A stretch of 63,004 nt of DNA, the filler included, from Piptocephalis cylindrospora (Eukaryota): NCBI GenBank assembly GCA_003614145.1. It is 11 parts of 11 records of this genome, joined end to end, with 100 filler letters (N's around TTAATTAATTAA, not from the genome) between each part and the next. Parts side by side here need not be neighbours in the genome. Positions count along the whole stretch, not along the records: positions 34,664 to 40,276 come from KZ988370.1; positions 40,377 to 45,977 come from KZ988371.1; positions 46,078 to 51,659 come from KZ988372.1; 8 more parts are not named here. One strand, written 5' to 3'. Made by a program: the position numbers and the translations under genes. Of the stretch, positions 35,982 to 48,753 are shown in pieces. Each line of letters begins with the position of its first letter. The first letter of the stretch is position 1. The notes below the pieces were generated by a model. That model saw only the letters and a list, made by a program, of their open reading frames with translations, did not search any database and was not told the origin of the DNA.

Positions 35982-36402
35982 CTAGGCCCCGTAAGGTAAG
36001 AGCCGGTAAAGCTGACGCGCTTGAGCCGGATTGGCAAATGCTGGCTTCCTGAGGTCACGGATACGCTGGGGGCTCATGCCGTGATTAAGATGACGCTTAC
36101 CGCTTCGTTGTCTCTTCCAAAGACCGCTTCCCGTGAGGGTCCACCTGAGGACGATTGAGAGGTGGAGGATGAGTTGAGCGGGGCCTTGAAAGGAGAGAAA
36201 AAAAGACACGTACCTCTTCTTTGCGCCTGAATGGCTCTTGAGCTTGTAGCCCATGCTTCTGGTGGGCTGAGCCAGGGCCGGGGTAAAGGAGAGCAGCGCG
36301 GTGATGGGACGACCTAATGTTTGGTTGGGGCGGGATGGACGTTAGTTGACAGCGGTTGAGCAGGTATCGCAAATAGTGTAACATACCAAGTAGGTTTAGC
36401 AT
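35982..36402 (-). CDS. Mitochondrial ribosomal protein bL35m; 3 exons
   Basis: MLNLL|GRPITALLSF...MGYKLKSHSGAKKR|WTLTGSGLWKRQRSGKRHLN..; L35 signature with presequence-like N-terminus. Confidence 0.88.
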
Positions 36403-37029
36403 GCTGGAACAGATGGGAGAGGGAGAAGGAAAAAGGTCACGTAAAAGTCGGCCTGGGTCGGAAATAGACGAGAAGAGGGGGTCAGATAAAGTGGATCTCT
36501 CCATGCTGGGGCGATTGACACAAGCTTGAGCTGGCAGGCTGGACAAGTGTAGCAGCCCCATCTCTCTGCATCCGAGCACAGACCAGTGCTTAAAGGATAT
36601 GATGATTATTCATTTTTATTATTGAATGGATAATGAGTATACAGTGTAATATGCCCAGCATTTTAAGTGTGGCGGGCTTACTATTCTAGGGGATTTTCTA
36701 AATAGACAGGTGCATAGCTTATTATATCTGTGAGCATGCTGTAAATCCTAGGAAGGTTGCCTTTTTATAGTTCAGTATCCCGTTCCTGATTAATAGAGGG
36801 ACATCGTTAGTATTAAATGGTCGCTTCCGGCATCCAAAGAGCATGGACATGGATTTCATTGACATGGCCCAATCGGTTGGGGTCAAAGGAGAAAAAAGGA
36901 TACTTATCGTATTATTATTATTAAGGCATTAACACACACGAATGCACTGAAAAGATCAAATGATCATCCATTATGACCTCTTGATCACACCCCTTCTCTC
37001 CTGCCCAAGGGTTCCTATACGGGCCCCGT

Positions 37030-37690
37030 CTACATGACTATACAGCAACTATTGGTCTTCTTGGCTGTCTTATAGAACATCTTACTCTGTCCACTAAGAG
37101 CATCACTACGAGCCACGAGATCGTCCAGTTTTTCCCCACGCTGCAAGACAGACTCAATGGTCTTGTGCTAGATTTCGGTAGGGGCATGGTGAGGTACAAG
37201 GGTTTAAAAAAAGAAGTGACGAGATTCATGACCCCCTCTATGCATGTCTTACCAGCACAATCTTGGTGTCATCTAGCTGGTTCTGTACCTGCATGATCTT
37301 ATCGGCTTGCTTGGGATCTTGGTAGCTGGAGATGTAATAATCCAGCCGGGGCCAGGGCTCAGCAAGGGTCATGCTATTGCCCGAACTGCTGAATTCATCC
37401 AGCATCTTGGTTAGGAGGGAGTGGGCCACTCGGGCAGGATATTCCTGGTCACTGACGATGACACCGGCCAGCTCGTCGGATCGGACAAAAACGTGTCCAA
37501 TGTACTTTTCTTCCTCGACCGATTGCCGCTGACCAGGCTCAGTGCGGTCCACGACCGTCCCGGATAGGAAGGTCATGAACTCCTGGACACTGGACCGTTG
37601 AAAGTAGCCAAAGGAGGAGAGTTCCGAGCTTGAGCACAGGGCCAGTACCTGGGGGCTCTTGGTATAGATGGCAACGGAGAAGAGCTTCAT
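37030..37690 (-). CDS. YKT6: Longin R-SNARE Ykt6; 2 exons
   Basis: [78 protein letters not shown] (CCaaX). Confidence 0.97.
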
Positions 37691-37732
37691 GCTGGGGAGA
37701 TGAGTGAATATGGCTTGTTGAGGATAGGGATA

Positions 37733-37802
37733 GGGGGGGGGGGGGGGGGGGGGGGGGTGGACGGGGGGGGGGGGGGGGGGGGGGCAAGGGGGGGGGGGGG
37801 GG
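37733..37802. repeat. Long poly-G tract upstream of YKT6
   Basis: Three G runs read directly. Confidence 0.9.
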
Positions 37803-38328
37803 AGGAAGGTTCTGACAGACAGAGGTCCTCAATACCATTTGCCTCCCCCCTGAAGTCCCGCCCCCCCCCGTCTGGGTATGCGGAGTATGTAGAGCCCCAT
37901 GAGGGGGTGTGTGTGAGAAGGACAGACAGATGAACGGGTGGGAGGCGGAGGTAGCGGTATAGAGACTGGCAGCCTGGAGACATGCGACAGCTTCTTAATG
38001 TATACACCGCCCCTAGACTTCCGCCCTTGACGCCACTATCTCCAGGATTGGGGCACTCTCCCCCTGCTACAGTGTCTTCCTAAGCTTCTCAGAAGATTAG
38101 CTAAGGATGAACCGGATCAGACGAGAGGTTTCCTGCAGGTTAGATACCGGCTCAATTGGGTTGAGTTTGGTACAATTCCGGTATCATTCAGGTTAAACTC
38201 GCGCTTGTGTACATATGGGTATCTGGAGATCGTCATTATCATAGCCACAGCTCGACTGTGGAGGAGAATCATCTATTCTTTCTCCCTCTCTTCACCTCTT
38301 CCTCCTTCTCTTCCTCTGGTTTCTTGAT

Positions 38329-39124
38329 ATGCCTGGATGCGAACACGAACACGTCGGCCATGGCCATGATCATGACCACGACCACGTCTCCTCAGAAGAG
38401 CCGACCAAGGATTTTCTCTACGAGTGTATCGACTTGGAGAACGTTCGGGTCCTCAACTCGACAGATCCCACTAGTGGAATCAAGCTGATCAAGCCCTGGC
38501 ATCGGAGGCTTGATACCACGGATGTAGTATTTTGTTGTGGAAGAAGTCGAAGAGGGGGATCGACCATGATGCTGACTCTCCCTTGGGAAAAACATGTATA
38601 GATTGTCGAAAGCGACGCAGACGACCAGCTTATCATCCACGTTCCATTCACTGGGAATGTCCGGCTGAATAGCATCCTCCTTCGTACATTTCCGGATGAT
38701 TCGGCCCCAAAGTCCCTTAAGGTCTACACAAACCGGGAGGATGTGGATTTTGAGACTGTAGAAGCCTCCACTGCGACTCAAGAATGGGAACTCGCCCAGG
38801 GCGCCTCGGAAATTTCCGATTACCGGGTTCGGTAAGCATAGGATGAATGAATGGAGGCGGATAGGGAGTCTCGCGTATCTACTCATCATTCCTTCATCCA
38901 CGATACAATGGGGTAGCGCGAGCAAATTCTCCAATGTTCATTGCATTACCCTCTTCTTCCCAGAATCCTTTGATGGGGATACCTCCAAGCTTTCCTTCCT
39001 CGGTTTCCGTGGAGATTGGATCCAGGCCAAAAAGGAACCTGTGGTCACGGTGTATGAGGCTAGGCCCAATGTGAAGGATCATCAGGTCCCTGGGGCCAAC
39101 ACTATGAATCATAGTCTGATGTGA
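38329..39124 (+). CDS. PITHD1: PITH domain-containing protein 1; 3 exons
   Basis: His-rich N-terminus, LYECIDLENVRVLN, VESDADDQLIIHVPFTGNVRL, KFSNVHCITLFFPE, VYEARPNVKDH. Confidence 0.9.
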
Positions 39125-39878
39125 TAGGAATAATAGATTTCCCTGTTGATTCATTTAAAAAAAAGGAGCCTCTTCCACCAAGTGGGGGTAGATGGGGAGT
39201 TGTCCAAACAAATACGTGTCTTTTTTTGAAGAAGAAGGCTTTTCTCCCGTTCTCATCTTACTACGTGTATGTATGATGAGTATCAACAACAATCATGGCA
39301 ACCAGGGCGACCATCCACCCCATGTGTAAATGAGCTGCTCCACACATAGCTCCTTATTTAGCGCTCAAAAGGTTTACTAATAGTAGCGGTGCTAATAGTG
39401 ATAGAGTACATTGCTATCCCCTGCATCTCAATGATTCATACAGTTCATTGTCATCCAGTATCAGATCAAGTTTTATGAGCACTTTCCCCTTTGCTCCTTT
39501 CCTGTCATGGACACTATACAGTGCTACATCAGCACCCCGCACTCTATGTCCCATTTCATGGGCATCCAGACCATGCTCGCCTGTATAAAAACCAACCACA
39601 AGACCAAGCCCCCCACCCCCTTCTCACATCACTTGCCTCACACAAGCTTTGATAAAGGCTCATCATCGGCGCGCCCCTGTCCCCTTTGGTGGCGATTCTA
39701 GCCTCCTTGTACCGCCTGCCCAGCCAGGTCCCACCATCGCACTCCTATTCCCTTCCTCCTTTCCTTCTTTTTCCCCTCCCCCTCCATCCCACCTGCTTGC
39801 GCAGACCCTTTTCTCCCTTCCTCTCCCTCCCTTCCTTCCTCCCCCTTCTCACACCACGCCCCGCACCTTTTCATCGGA

Positions 39879-40276
39879 ATGGATATCTTCCGAGATCGGC
39901 CTGTGCGGGAGGGCCAAGTTCGTGGGCTACGCGAGGCCCTTGCTCAACTGGCCCTCCCAGCCGCTTCGACTGACTCAGGCCCCCCGGTCCCCGTTGCCTC
40001 CATGCCCTTGGCAGAGGTCGTGCCCAATTTTCTTATCCCCTCCCTACAGCGGATTCGACACACCGAAACTCTCGCACAGCTTCGGGAAGCCACGGTGAAC
40101 GCGTGTAGAATCCATCGGCCGGTATCCAGCTCTACCAGTACCAATGCTGCCTCCAACGCTGCCTCCACTACCTCTTCCCTCTCTACCTCCACTACCTCCA
40201 ATCCCACTTCCTCGCTAGCCAGCACATCCGGCTCATCCAGTGGAGGTAGTACCGCCGCTGCGATCCTCTACGCCTC
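39879..40276 (+). CDS. Hypothetical protein N-terminus, truncated by contig end
   Basis: ORF open from an ATG after a pyrimidine-rich leader to the gap; Ser/Thr-rich. Confidence 0.5.
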
Positions 40277-40376
40277 NNNNNNNNNNNNNNNNNNNNNNNN
40301 NNNNNNNNNNNNNNNNNNNNTTAATTAATTAANNNNNNNNNNNNNNNNNNNNNNNNNNNNNNNNNNNNNNNNNNNN

Positions 40377-42841
40377 CAGAGGAACTTCCTCCGCGAATTG
40401 CCAAGATGTGCAGGAATCAGGATATTCAGCTGCTACCCGAGGCCTTTTCCTCTCGTATTGCTAGCTCCAACATCCCCAGGACTATGAATGGACAGGGTGA
40501 ATCGTATGGCCGATCTGTAGATCCTTGGTCCACCCAGAGCCCGGGAAAGAAAGGGAAGTCCGGAGACGTCCGGTTCAACGTCAATATGCTCGAGTTCTTC
40601 CTTTTCAGCATGGCTCGACTCCTCCCCAGGCTACATCAGATGGAAAGGACCTCAGGGAGGGTCGTGGCCTCCAATACCAATTATCGTGCAGCCGCTACCA
40701 TAGGTCGTGGAGAGCTAGAAGGGGCTGGCCGACGAGAAGAGCTTGCCACCACCTACCTCTACATATGTTCCAAGTACTTGTCATTTTTCCTTCCTGCCAA
40801 CAATTTGTATGGCAAGGGCTTTCTGAAGGATCGGTAAGTTTTCATTCTGGATACCCTGTTGGGAGGCATTTTTCATTTCTTGACACATCGCTTACTCCTT
40901 TTCGCATGTACAATAGTCGATTTGACAAGTCTGTTAGTGTGCGACAGCGGGCACATATCGCTGAATTTTTCCTTGCGACCCTGACGGAATCCTGGCTTAG
41001 CCCTCCGCCTGAACGCGTATGTTTCCTTTTCTATTGCTTCTAGAGGGACAATATTGCTCCGAGTATCGTGCGCTTAGCTAAAGCTTTCCTTTTTTATATT
41101 TTGGATAGCCTCCGGTAGAGTTTAATGGATACTGGCTTCGGGGTATCACAGTCCTGGTAAAACTTGTTCTCCAATCTGATCTTCGGTACCTGGATGCCGC
41201 CATGGGGGAATCTGAGACGGCCAAGGCGCATTTTCACTTTAAACGCACGGCATACGTGTCTGTCCGAAACCTCCTTTACAAGGTCATCTCTCATGGCCTT
41301 CATCACCCAGGGGACTTGTACAAGTACCAGCTAGTGGTGCGAATCTGGACGGATTGGATCAATCCTTGGGAGGCCCCTGGGCTGGAGGAGGAATCGGATG
41401 GGACTGAGAGTTTTATGGATCGGTGGAGACCATTCTTGGCCGACAATCTTCCCTATTATTCCATGGTCCTTCGTCTTTTCCTCGAGCGATCCAGGAACCT
41501 TGGATTCCTCAAAGGTCATGTGCGGTATGGTCTGGAGGAGACAATCCCCGGAGGTGGTCGGGTCATGGAATGGTCCTGGAAAGTGGATTGTCAGATTATC
41601 CACCGCACATTAAAGGTTTTTATGATCCCCGGGGTGGTCGAAGAACTGGAGCACCGAGAGGATCTGTATCTCTCCGATAGTGTGATCCCCCGGGACCATA
41701 TGATGGCCCAATTCATCCGAAACCAGGTGAATGATATCCTCGGGGATACGCCATACAAGAGCGCCTTTGTTGGGGCGGACAAGTCCCTACCCGTCACCCT
41801 ATTCCTCACCATATCGGATGCCTATGATGCTAAGACTCGCGAGCTGAAGAAGGCTGACCCCGAGTGCATTTATCATTCCCCTGTGGAAACGGGTGGGCAC
41901 TTTGGAACACCAGTCAAGCCTTCCCACTCTCCCACTCTCTTTACCTCCATTACTAGTGGGGCTCGCTCCGTGGCGGCATTCTTCTCCGGAGATGGAGACG
42001 CCTACTCTCCCGAGACCATTCGGCATTTACGGTCGATCCGGAATCATCTGCACGATGTAGGCGTTCAGGTACGGGATGCTTTTGGATTGACCCAGGATGA
42101 CATTGAGGATGGTAGGAGGATGGCGTCTGGGGAAGCGGTATCTCGGCATGAATTCTTTGCTGAAACACTCCCAGAGAACTCCTCCCGATTGAGTCGTCGG
42201 GGCAAGTCTATGGTCCGTAAGCTGTTGGCAAAGCGGGATCAGATCGGAGGGCGGATAGATGCTTACTAATGCCAAAAAACTTCATGTGGAATGATACACG
42301 AGTAGATCAAACAAGGCATCCGCAAATGCAGGGTGGATGGAGTGACGATCCAAGGAAAGAAGGCGGCGCTGGCGGCCAAGTCCAATGAATTTTCCTGGAT
42401 GGTTGGATTTACCATGGTGATGGACGATTTTAATTATGCTGCGGTAAGGTGTCGCATAGACTATATCTATTTGTCTGGCTAAGGATTTGTGACTCACAGG
42501 ACCTTTTATCTTTTTAGTTGGATACACTGGCGGATACGGTGAGGATCAGCGTGGGGAAAGGGCCTTCACAGTACCTTCGCAGGTGGAGACCCTCTACGAG
42601 AGCCCTGGCCCATCGAGTGAACACGATTTGGCTCATCCTTTGGTTCATCCTCCTTTCCCAGGCCCCGCAAGTAGCTCTCATCATTGCTAGCTGTATCCTC
42701 ACCTTTCTCACCGGGACCTGGGCTTACTCAGCATGGATGGGTCGATCATCACCCGGTAAGACCGGGGCTGAGAATGTTACGGGTGGTCTGAACTTTATCT
42801 TTGATCGTGGGCCTGAGGAGTATGAAAATGTGGAGGAGTAA
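40377..42841 (+). CDS. SMPD4 (neutral sphingomyelinase-3 / mit_SMPDase family)-like membrane protein, 5'-truncated, multi-exon
   Basis: Collinear motifs recalled from SMPD4: NMLEFFLFSMA, YLYICSKYLSFFLP, TLTESWL, VVRIWTDWINPW, RWRPFLADNLPYY, LSRRGKSM|IKQGIRKC, KSNE; C-terminal TM. Identified by eye only. Confidence 0.65.
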
Positions 42842-43144
42842 GGCGTGTGTGTGTGTGCTGTTTAACAGGCGGATTGGATACGATTCTTTGAATTTTGTCA
42901 AATGAGTGGGGCGGCCTCGGTGTTTTATCTACACGATAGACAGGAGATGCTTAAACAGCGGCCCCTCGTCTTGATCTACCATCCCACTCGTTGATCCGGG
43001 GTAGACACCAGTAGTGTGCGTGTTAACCCTAGCATGATATAGTAACCCTAGTAACCCTAGTATGATATAGTAGGATTACAATGCCGCGGATCCTTTCAGA
43101 TTGCATTACTCCCTTCACTGCTTCTGTCTCAGCCATCCCTCTCC

Positions 43145-44381
43145 ATGTTCGTACCATCCACCGCCATACCTCTTTTTCTCCTCTTCCTTTCCCTTCCTTC
43201 CGCCAGAGGAGCAGAAAGGCAGGCCCCATTACAGCAAGAAGAATTGACAGAACACGATGCCACAGTATGGGATAGGGAGCTGGTGGTGCCAGTGGTGGAG
43301 GCACAAGAGATACTTTCAGAGCATGAGACTTACGCAAAATCTCTACGGGATGTCCGAACCTTCACTGAAGGCACCACATTAGCCTATGTGACCCCGTGGA
43401 ATGGTCATGGGTATGATGTAGCCCGGACTTTCCGGGGAAAATTTGATTTACTTTCCCCCACCTGGTTCCAAGTGCCGTGGAAGGAGGAGGACAAGGAGGA
43501 GTGGATGATACAGGGAGGGCATGATGTGGATGTGGACTGGATTCAAGATGTACGAACAAATGGAACAGGTTGGATCGTCCCTCGGTTCTCCTTTCAAGGC
43601 TGGACCCTGCCTCAGTATCAGGCCTTGATGCAGGATGCAACACAAGCATTGGCGAATGGTATTGCCCAGGCCATCCTAGACCAGGTGGAGGAACATGGAT
43701 TCGACGGGGTGACCCTGGAGTGTGCGGCCGTGTACGCTCTTGATTCCTTCCTAGATGTACTGGGATCCGCTCTACGGGATCAAGGGAAACTCCTTATCCT
43801 CGTTCTGCCCCCTCATCGCGAGGGCCAGATGTATCCATTTACTCCAGAGTGGCGAAAAAAGGTGGATGGGTCAGTGGATTACTATTCACTTATGACGTAT
43901 GATTACTCGGTTGCTAGTGGTTCGGGCCCGAATGCGCCTGTTCGGTGGATGGAGGAGGCGGTGGAGGCCTTGCTGGGCCCCTCACCGACCCCGGCTCAGA
44001 GGGCCAAGGTCCTTCTTGGCCTAAACTTCTACGGATATGCATTTAATCCAATGGACTCGAGCTCCGAGGCGGTGGCCCGGCCCCAATACCTGGAGATTCT
44101 TGAACAGTCCTTTCCGAACTTTCGTTGGGACCGTTCAGCCAAGGAATCGTGTGGGGAGTACACCCTTCCCTCTGGGGAGATACGTGAAGTATGGTATCCG
44201 ACCTTGAAGGTGAGTTATTTTGCTTCTTTGATCATGATGGTGAGTCTTGGACTTGGTTGATCCAACCCATTCCTGGTCTTAGTCCATTGCTACTCGAGTG
44301 GACCTTGCCAGGGAGCTTGGAGTGGGAATCTCCATCTGGGAGATTGGCCAGGGTCTTGATTACTTTTACGATCTCATCTAG
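43145..44381 (+). CDS. CHID1: Chitinase domain-containing protein 1 (GH18 chitinase-like, probably non-catalytic); 2 exons
   Basis: Signal peptide; [75 protein letters not shown]. Confidence 0.93.
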
Positions 44382-45675
44382 GGCCAAAACCAGTGCAATG
44401 AAGATTAGGAATAGTAGTATTATGGGCTAGATCTTATCATCATGGAAAGTACGGTATGGTCAGGATCCTACAGTATGGCATTGTTCTGAGAAAGCAGGAA
44501 TGGCCAAGTCAGGGTGCTTGGCTAGTGTCTCTGTCTGCTTCATGCCGCTCCAGCTGCTGTCCCGGAAAGTCCCAAGTCCTAGCCAGAAGTGATAGAACGG
44601 GCAGAATCATGGCGGCTCCGAATCAAAGAATCCCAGGCACTCACCAAGCCACCGCTTGATACAGAAGGAGTGCTCTAGGACCATGAAGGAAGAATGGCAA
44701 AGGCAACGACGGGAACACCGTGAGCGGTTCCCAGGATAAAAAGGGGCATGTTGACATTGGGATAGCCAATGAAGCCAGCGCTGCCGTTGAATGTAAAGGA
44801 CTGCGAAAGCCAGACGTACCTAGAATGGCCACCAGCTGTACAGATAGAGGCGAGGGAGGCCACCACTAGCTCTTAAAAGGAGGTATCTAAGGTATGTAAG
44901 ATGGGAAGACAGTCCTGGACTGGGTACACCGATGATGGCATCGTCGTGCCTCACCTGATCAGCCGGAAGGGGGGGAGAGGAGGGGGAGGAAGCCCTTTGT
45001 TTTTGTTTTTTGTCCAGCTCTCTGCGCTTCTCCGAACCACCCTTCCAGGCCATCATAGATGATTCATATGGAAGGCAGGACGTGCTGGGCGGAGACTGGT
45101 GCAAGCCGTCAAGACCAGGAGAAGTAGTAATTGGATAGGTTCCACTGGAAGGTGAAGAATGCTAGTGAAGGGGGAAGGTCGTGTAACCTCGGAAGGGAGA
45201 ATGGAGAGCCGACGGGTCTTGGAGGGGAGGATGAAGAGTCGGTGGAGCTTGAGGACGGCGGCTGAGCACGCTGCATCCTCGCCAAAAGAGGAAGGGGTGG
45301 CCGCGTTGGCCTGTGAATACAGGATAAGACGGGCAGAGAAGGAAGGGGAGTGGTCGAGCGCGTCCGGCAGCGCCAAGACACAAGATAAGCTTGGCCCTCT
45401 CCATCGTCCCCATGAACACACACAGACAGGTAGGCACACGGAGTACACACGAACAAACGCACGCATGCGCACACTAGCCATCTCCGCCCTCCTCCGCAGG
45501 GATTTTCATGGTCGTGTAATAAAAGCAGCCTGATCCATCCCCCCTCCCCACTCACGCGCACTCTCCGCTCGCCCCACATCTCACCAACCCCCCACATCCC
45601 CCCACATTCCCCCACATCGATCGATCCATCCATCCCCTCACACACTTCCTTTTCCTGCCCCACCCTCTCCTAACA

Positions 45676-45977
45676 ATGCCAAACAAACATCACCGCCGTG
45701 GTCGGAGGTCTGGCAAGAAGGCCGCTTCCCGTGCTGCCAAGGAAACTTCCACTCCAGCCACCATGAAGGCTGTCTCTGATCCTGTCCAGAGCCCTTCCTT
45801 TTCTGCAATGACCGGAGAAGCCGCCTCCCTCCTATTCTCCAAGATAGCTTCCTTTAGCCCCGCCCAACCTGCCCCCCCCGGCTCCACCAAGTCTGTCTCC
45901 CCCGGCTCCACCAAGTCTATCTCCCCCAGCCCCACCAAATACATTTCCTTCTCCGGCTCCCTCAAGAAAGATTCCTC
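45676..45977 (+). CDS. Basic N-terminal ORF fragment with 24-bp tandem repeats, truncated by contig end
   Basis: MPNKHHRRGRRSGKK...; PGSTKSVS/PGSTKSIS/PSPTKYIS repeats at 45877-45948. Confidence 0.4.
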
Positions 45978-46986
45978 NNNNNNNNNNNNNNNNNNNNNNN
46001 NNNNNNNNNNNNNNNNNNNNNTTAATTAATTAANNNNNNNNNNNNNNNNNNNNNNNNNNNNNNNNNNNNNNNNNNNNGGAGTATAGCCAAGGGAGATATG
46101 TTAATGCCTTCTCTCTTTCTACAATTGAACGCGTGCCAAGGATGAGTGATAAGAGCATGGGTCTCTGAACAAAGTGCATGAGGTACCATAGCAAGATGGA
46201 CCCCAAGAGTTTTCCAGGGGGAGCAATGTTTACCGCTCAGCTCGCATTTCTTGGCGATGATGCGCAGTAGCATTCACATCCGCATGATGACGGCTACCGA
46301 GTGGATGGTAGCGCTGGCTCCTGCAGGTGTGGCCAAGGATTCATCTCATGAGACAATGACCCCTATGTCCATCTACTCTACAAAAAGGAAAGGCCAAGGA
46401 ACTGCTTTCTAGTATTTACCATGAATAACTATGCTATCGGCTTAGGCATGCGTGCATGTAGCATGAGGGAGACTTGTCCTTCGATCCACTGGAGAGTTCA
46501 GCAGACATTTGATTTGGTCTAGAGATACGGATTGAGCCTGTATCGTTGTTCGATACCCTAGAAACATGTGTTGAATTACATTGTATCGGTCTCGAATACC
46601 TGTGATATGCCCGATAGATTAGCGAGGGCGATGGAAGATAAGCTGGCTACAAGGTTATTCTTCCCCTTCTATAGGCCATTGTAGCATCGCTCTGTGCTGA
46701 GAAGAGGGCATTGGTGAAATGTGTGGCATTGCCTAGCAGAGGACAGCTGAATCCTCGGGACCTGGTGCTGGATAAACACCCAGACACCTTCATCTTGTGG
46801 CAGACATAATGCCACAGCACTGAGACAGCAATCATTAGGGTGCAGGGTACTTTGCCGGAAAATGACAGCATTACGGAAAAAAAAGAAGCAAATATCCCAT
46901 TGATATGGGGATACACACAACACCCTCACGATTTACTTGTTCTTTTATCCTTTCTTTAACCTCTTGCTTCGCCTCAACTTCACTCA

Positions 46987-48753
46987 ATGGACCTTTCTGG
47001 ACCCGCCCCCTTTGCCGACACGGGTGCTGAAGTGATTGCGCGGACTGTTCAGGTTACGCTGGAGAACCATGCAGACACTGAGGCGGCCCTGGAGATATTT
47101 TACGAACTGGATCGATCAGTAGAGAGGATCCAGCAGGTCGGGGCATCCAGGGTGGCACTACAGTTCCCGGACGAGTGGCTACCCGATGCGGCTCGGGTAG
47201 CTCAGGCGCTCGAGGCGCGGTTGGACGGGGTGCAAGTGGTGATCCTAGCGGACACATCGTATGGGGCGTGCTGTGTGGATGAAGTGGCTGCCTCTCACGC
47301 CGATGCCCAGATGGTCATCCACTATGGTCGCTCTTGCCTCTCACCTACTCAGAATCTTCCTGTGTTGTATGTCTTTGGCCGGGAGGAAGTGGATGTGGAC
47401 CGTGCGGCCTCGGCCCTGCTGGAGGCTAGAAAGGGCCTGGAGGAGGAGTCAACATCCACCTGCCAAGATTGGCTCCTTACTGGAGATGTGCAGTATGCTT
47501 GGGCGCTGGAGGGGGTGGCAGCCTCACTCCGTACTCTACTTCCTGATGGCGCCAACGTCTACCCAGCCCACATCCCCAAGGAGCAATTACTGTTTCCTCA
47601 TAGTACACCAAGAAAGGATGAAGAGGAGGTGCAGGCCCCATGTTGCTCCGGGAATGTAGAGGGAAACCAGGCGCCTTCATGCTGCTCCAAGGGTGGGTCT
47701 GCTAAAGAAGGATGCTGTTCAGCTGCACAGACCAGCTCGGGTGCAAAAGAGCTTCCGCTTGGGGCAGACCCCGCTTCCCCACTCCCTAAAAACCAACTGT
47801 GGGATTTCACAGGAGAGGCAAAGAAGGAGGGAGAGGCCGTTATTCTTTTCCTAGGAGCAGAGGGACCTACCCTGTCCAATCTCATGATCACACATGGCCA
47901 GTATCCGACTTTGTCCTATGATCCTGCTACGGATCGGGCCAGGAAGGAGGCTCTAGCGGTCAATCGTACCTTGATGCGAAGGTGAGCTTTTGTTTTAATC
48001 AAGTGTATTTTGTCGAAAATGATAGTATTCCGCTCATCGTCCCCTTCCCCTGGTAGATACTACTTGGTGCAGAAGGTTAAAGATGCTGATGTGATCGGGA
48101 TTGTGGTGGGCACCCTGGGAGTGGCATCGTATATGCGTATTATTGAGCATCTCAAGGGGGTCATTCGGGCGGCCGGGAGAAAATCGTATTTATTTGTAAT
48201 GGGCAAGTTGAACGTGGCCAAGATGGCCAATTTTCCAGACGTGGACGCCTTTGTCCTTGTGGCGTGTCCTGAGACCTCCTTGGTGGACTCCAAGGAATAT
48301 CTCAAGCCCATTGTCACACCCTATGAGCTGGAGTTGGCCTTGGTCCGCGGCAAAGAGTGGACCGGGAGGTATGTAACGGATTTTCACACGGTCCTCTTGG
48401 AGGCTGAAAGCACTGGTGAGGATCAAGACAAGGGTGAGGATGAGGACGATGACGATGACGAGAGGCCGCACTTTTCCCTTATCACAGGCCAGTTCAAGGA
48501 TACGCGTCGATACCAGTCAGATGCATCGAACAACGAAGCACTTGTCAGCTCCCTAATGATGGGGTCTGAAGGGCAAGTGAGTGTCCGGAACAAGGAAACT
48601 GCCCTAGCCCTTCTATCTAGTCCGGCGACCGAAAGGTTACAGGCGCGGGAGTTTCGTGGACTGGAACAACGGCTGGGTGAGACTGAGGTGGCCGACGAGA
48701 TTGCTGTGGGACGGAAAGGGATTGCTCGGGGCTATGATCATGAGAAGGAGTAA
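46987..48753 (+). CDS. DPH2: Diphthamide biosynthesis protein 2; intron ~47982-48057
   Basis: RVALQFPDEWL, ILADTSYGACCVDEVAASH, HYGRSCLSP, GIVVGTLG, GKLNVAKMANF, FVLVACPE, GRKGIARGYDHE. Confidence 0.96.

Noticed and set aside
37539..37933. Poly-Pro/poly-Gly ORFs upstream of YKT6
   Set aside because: Translation of a poly-G/C tract whose length is unreliable.
39879..42841. Joining the ORF ending contig 7 to the SMPD4-like gene starting contig 8
   Set aside because: Same strand and tempting, but contig order reflects size and no linkage evidence is visible.
44430..45480. Possible minus-strand membrane-protein gene downstream of CHID1
   Set aside because: Several short overlapping ORFs with splice-like signals, but no supportable model.
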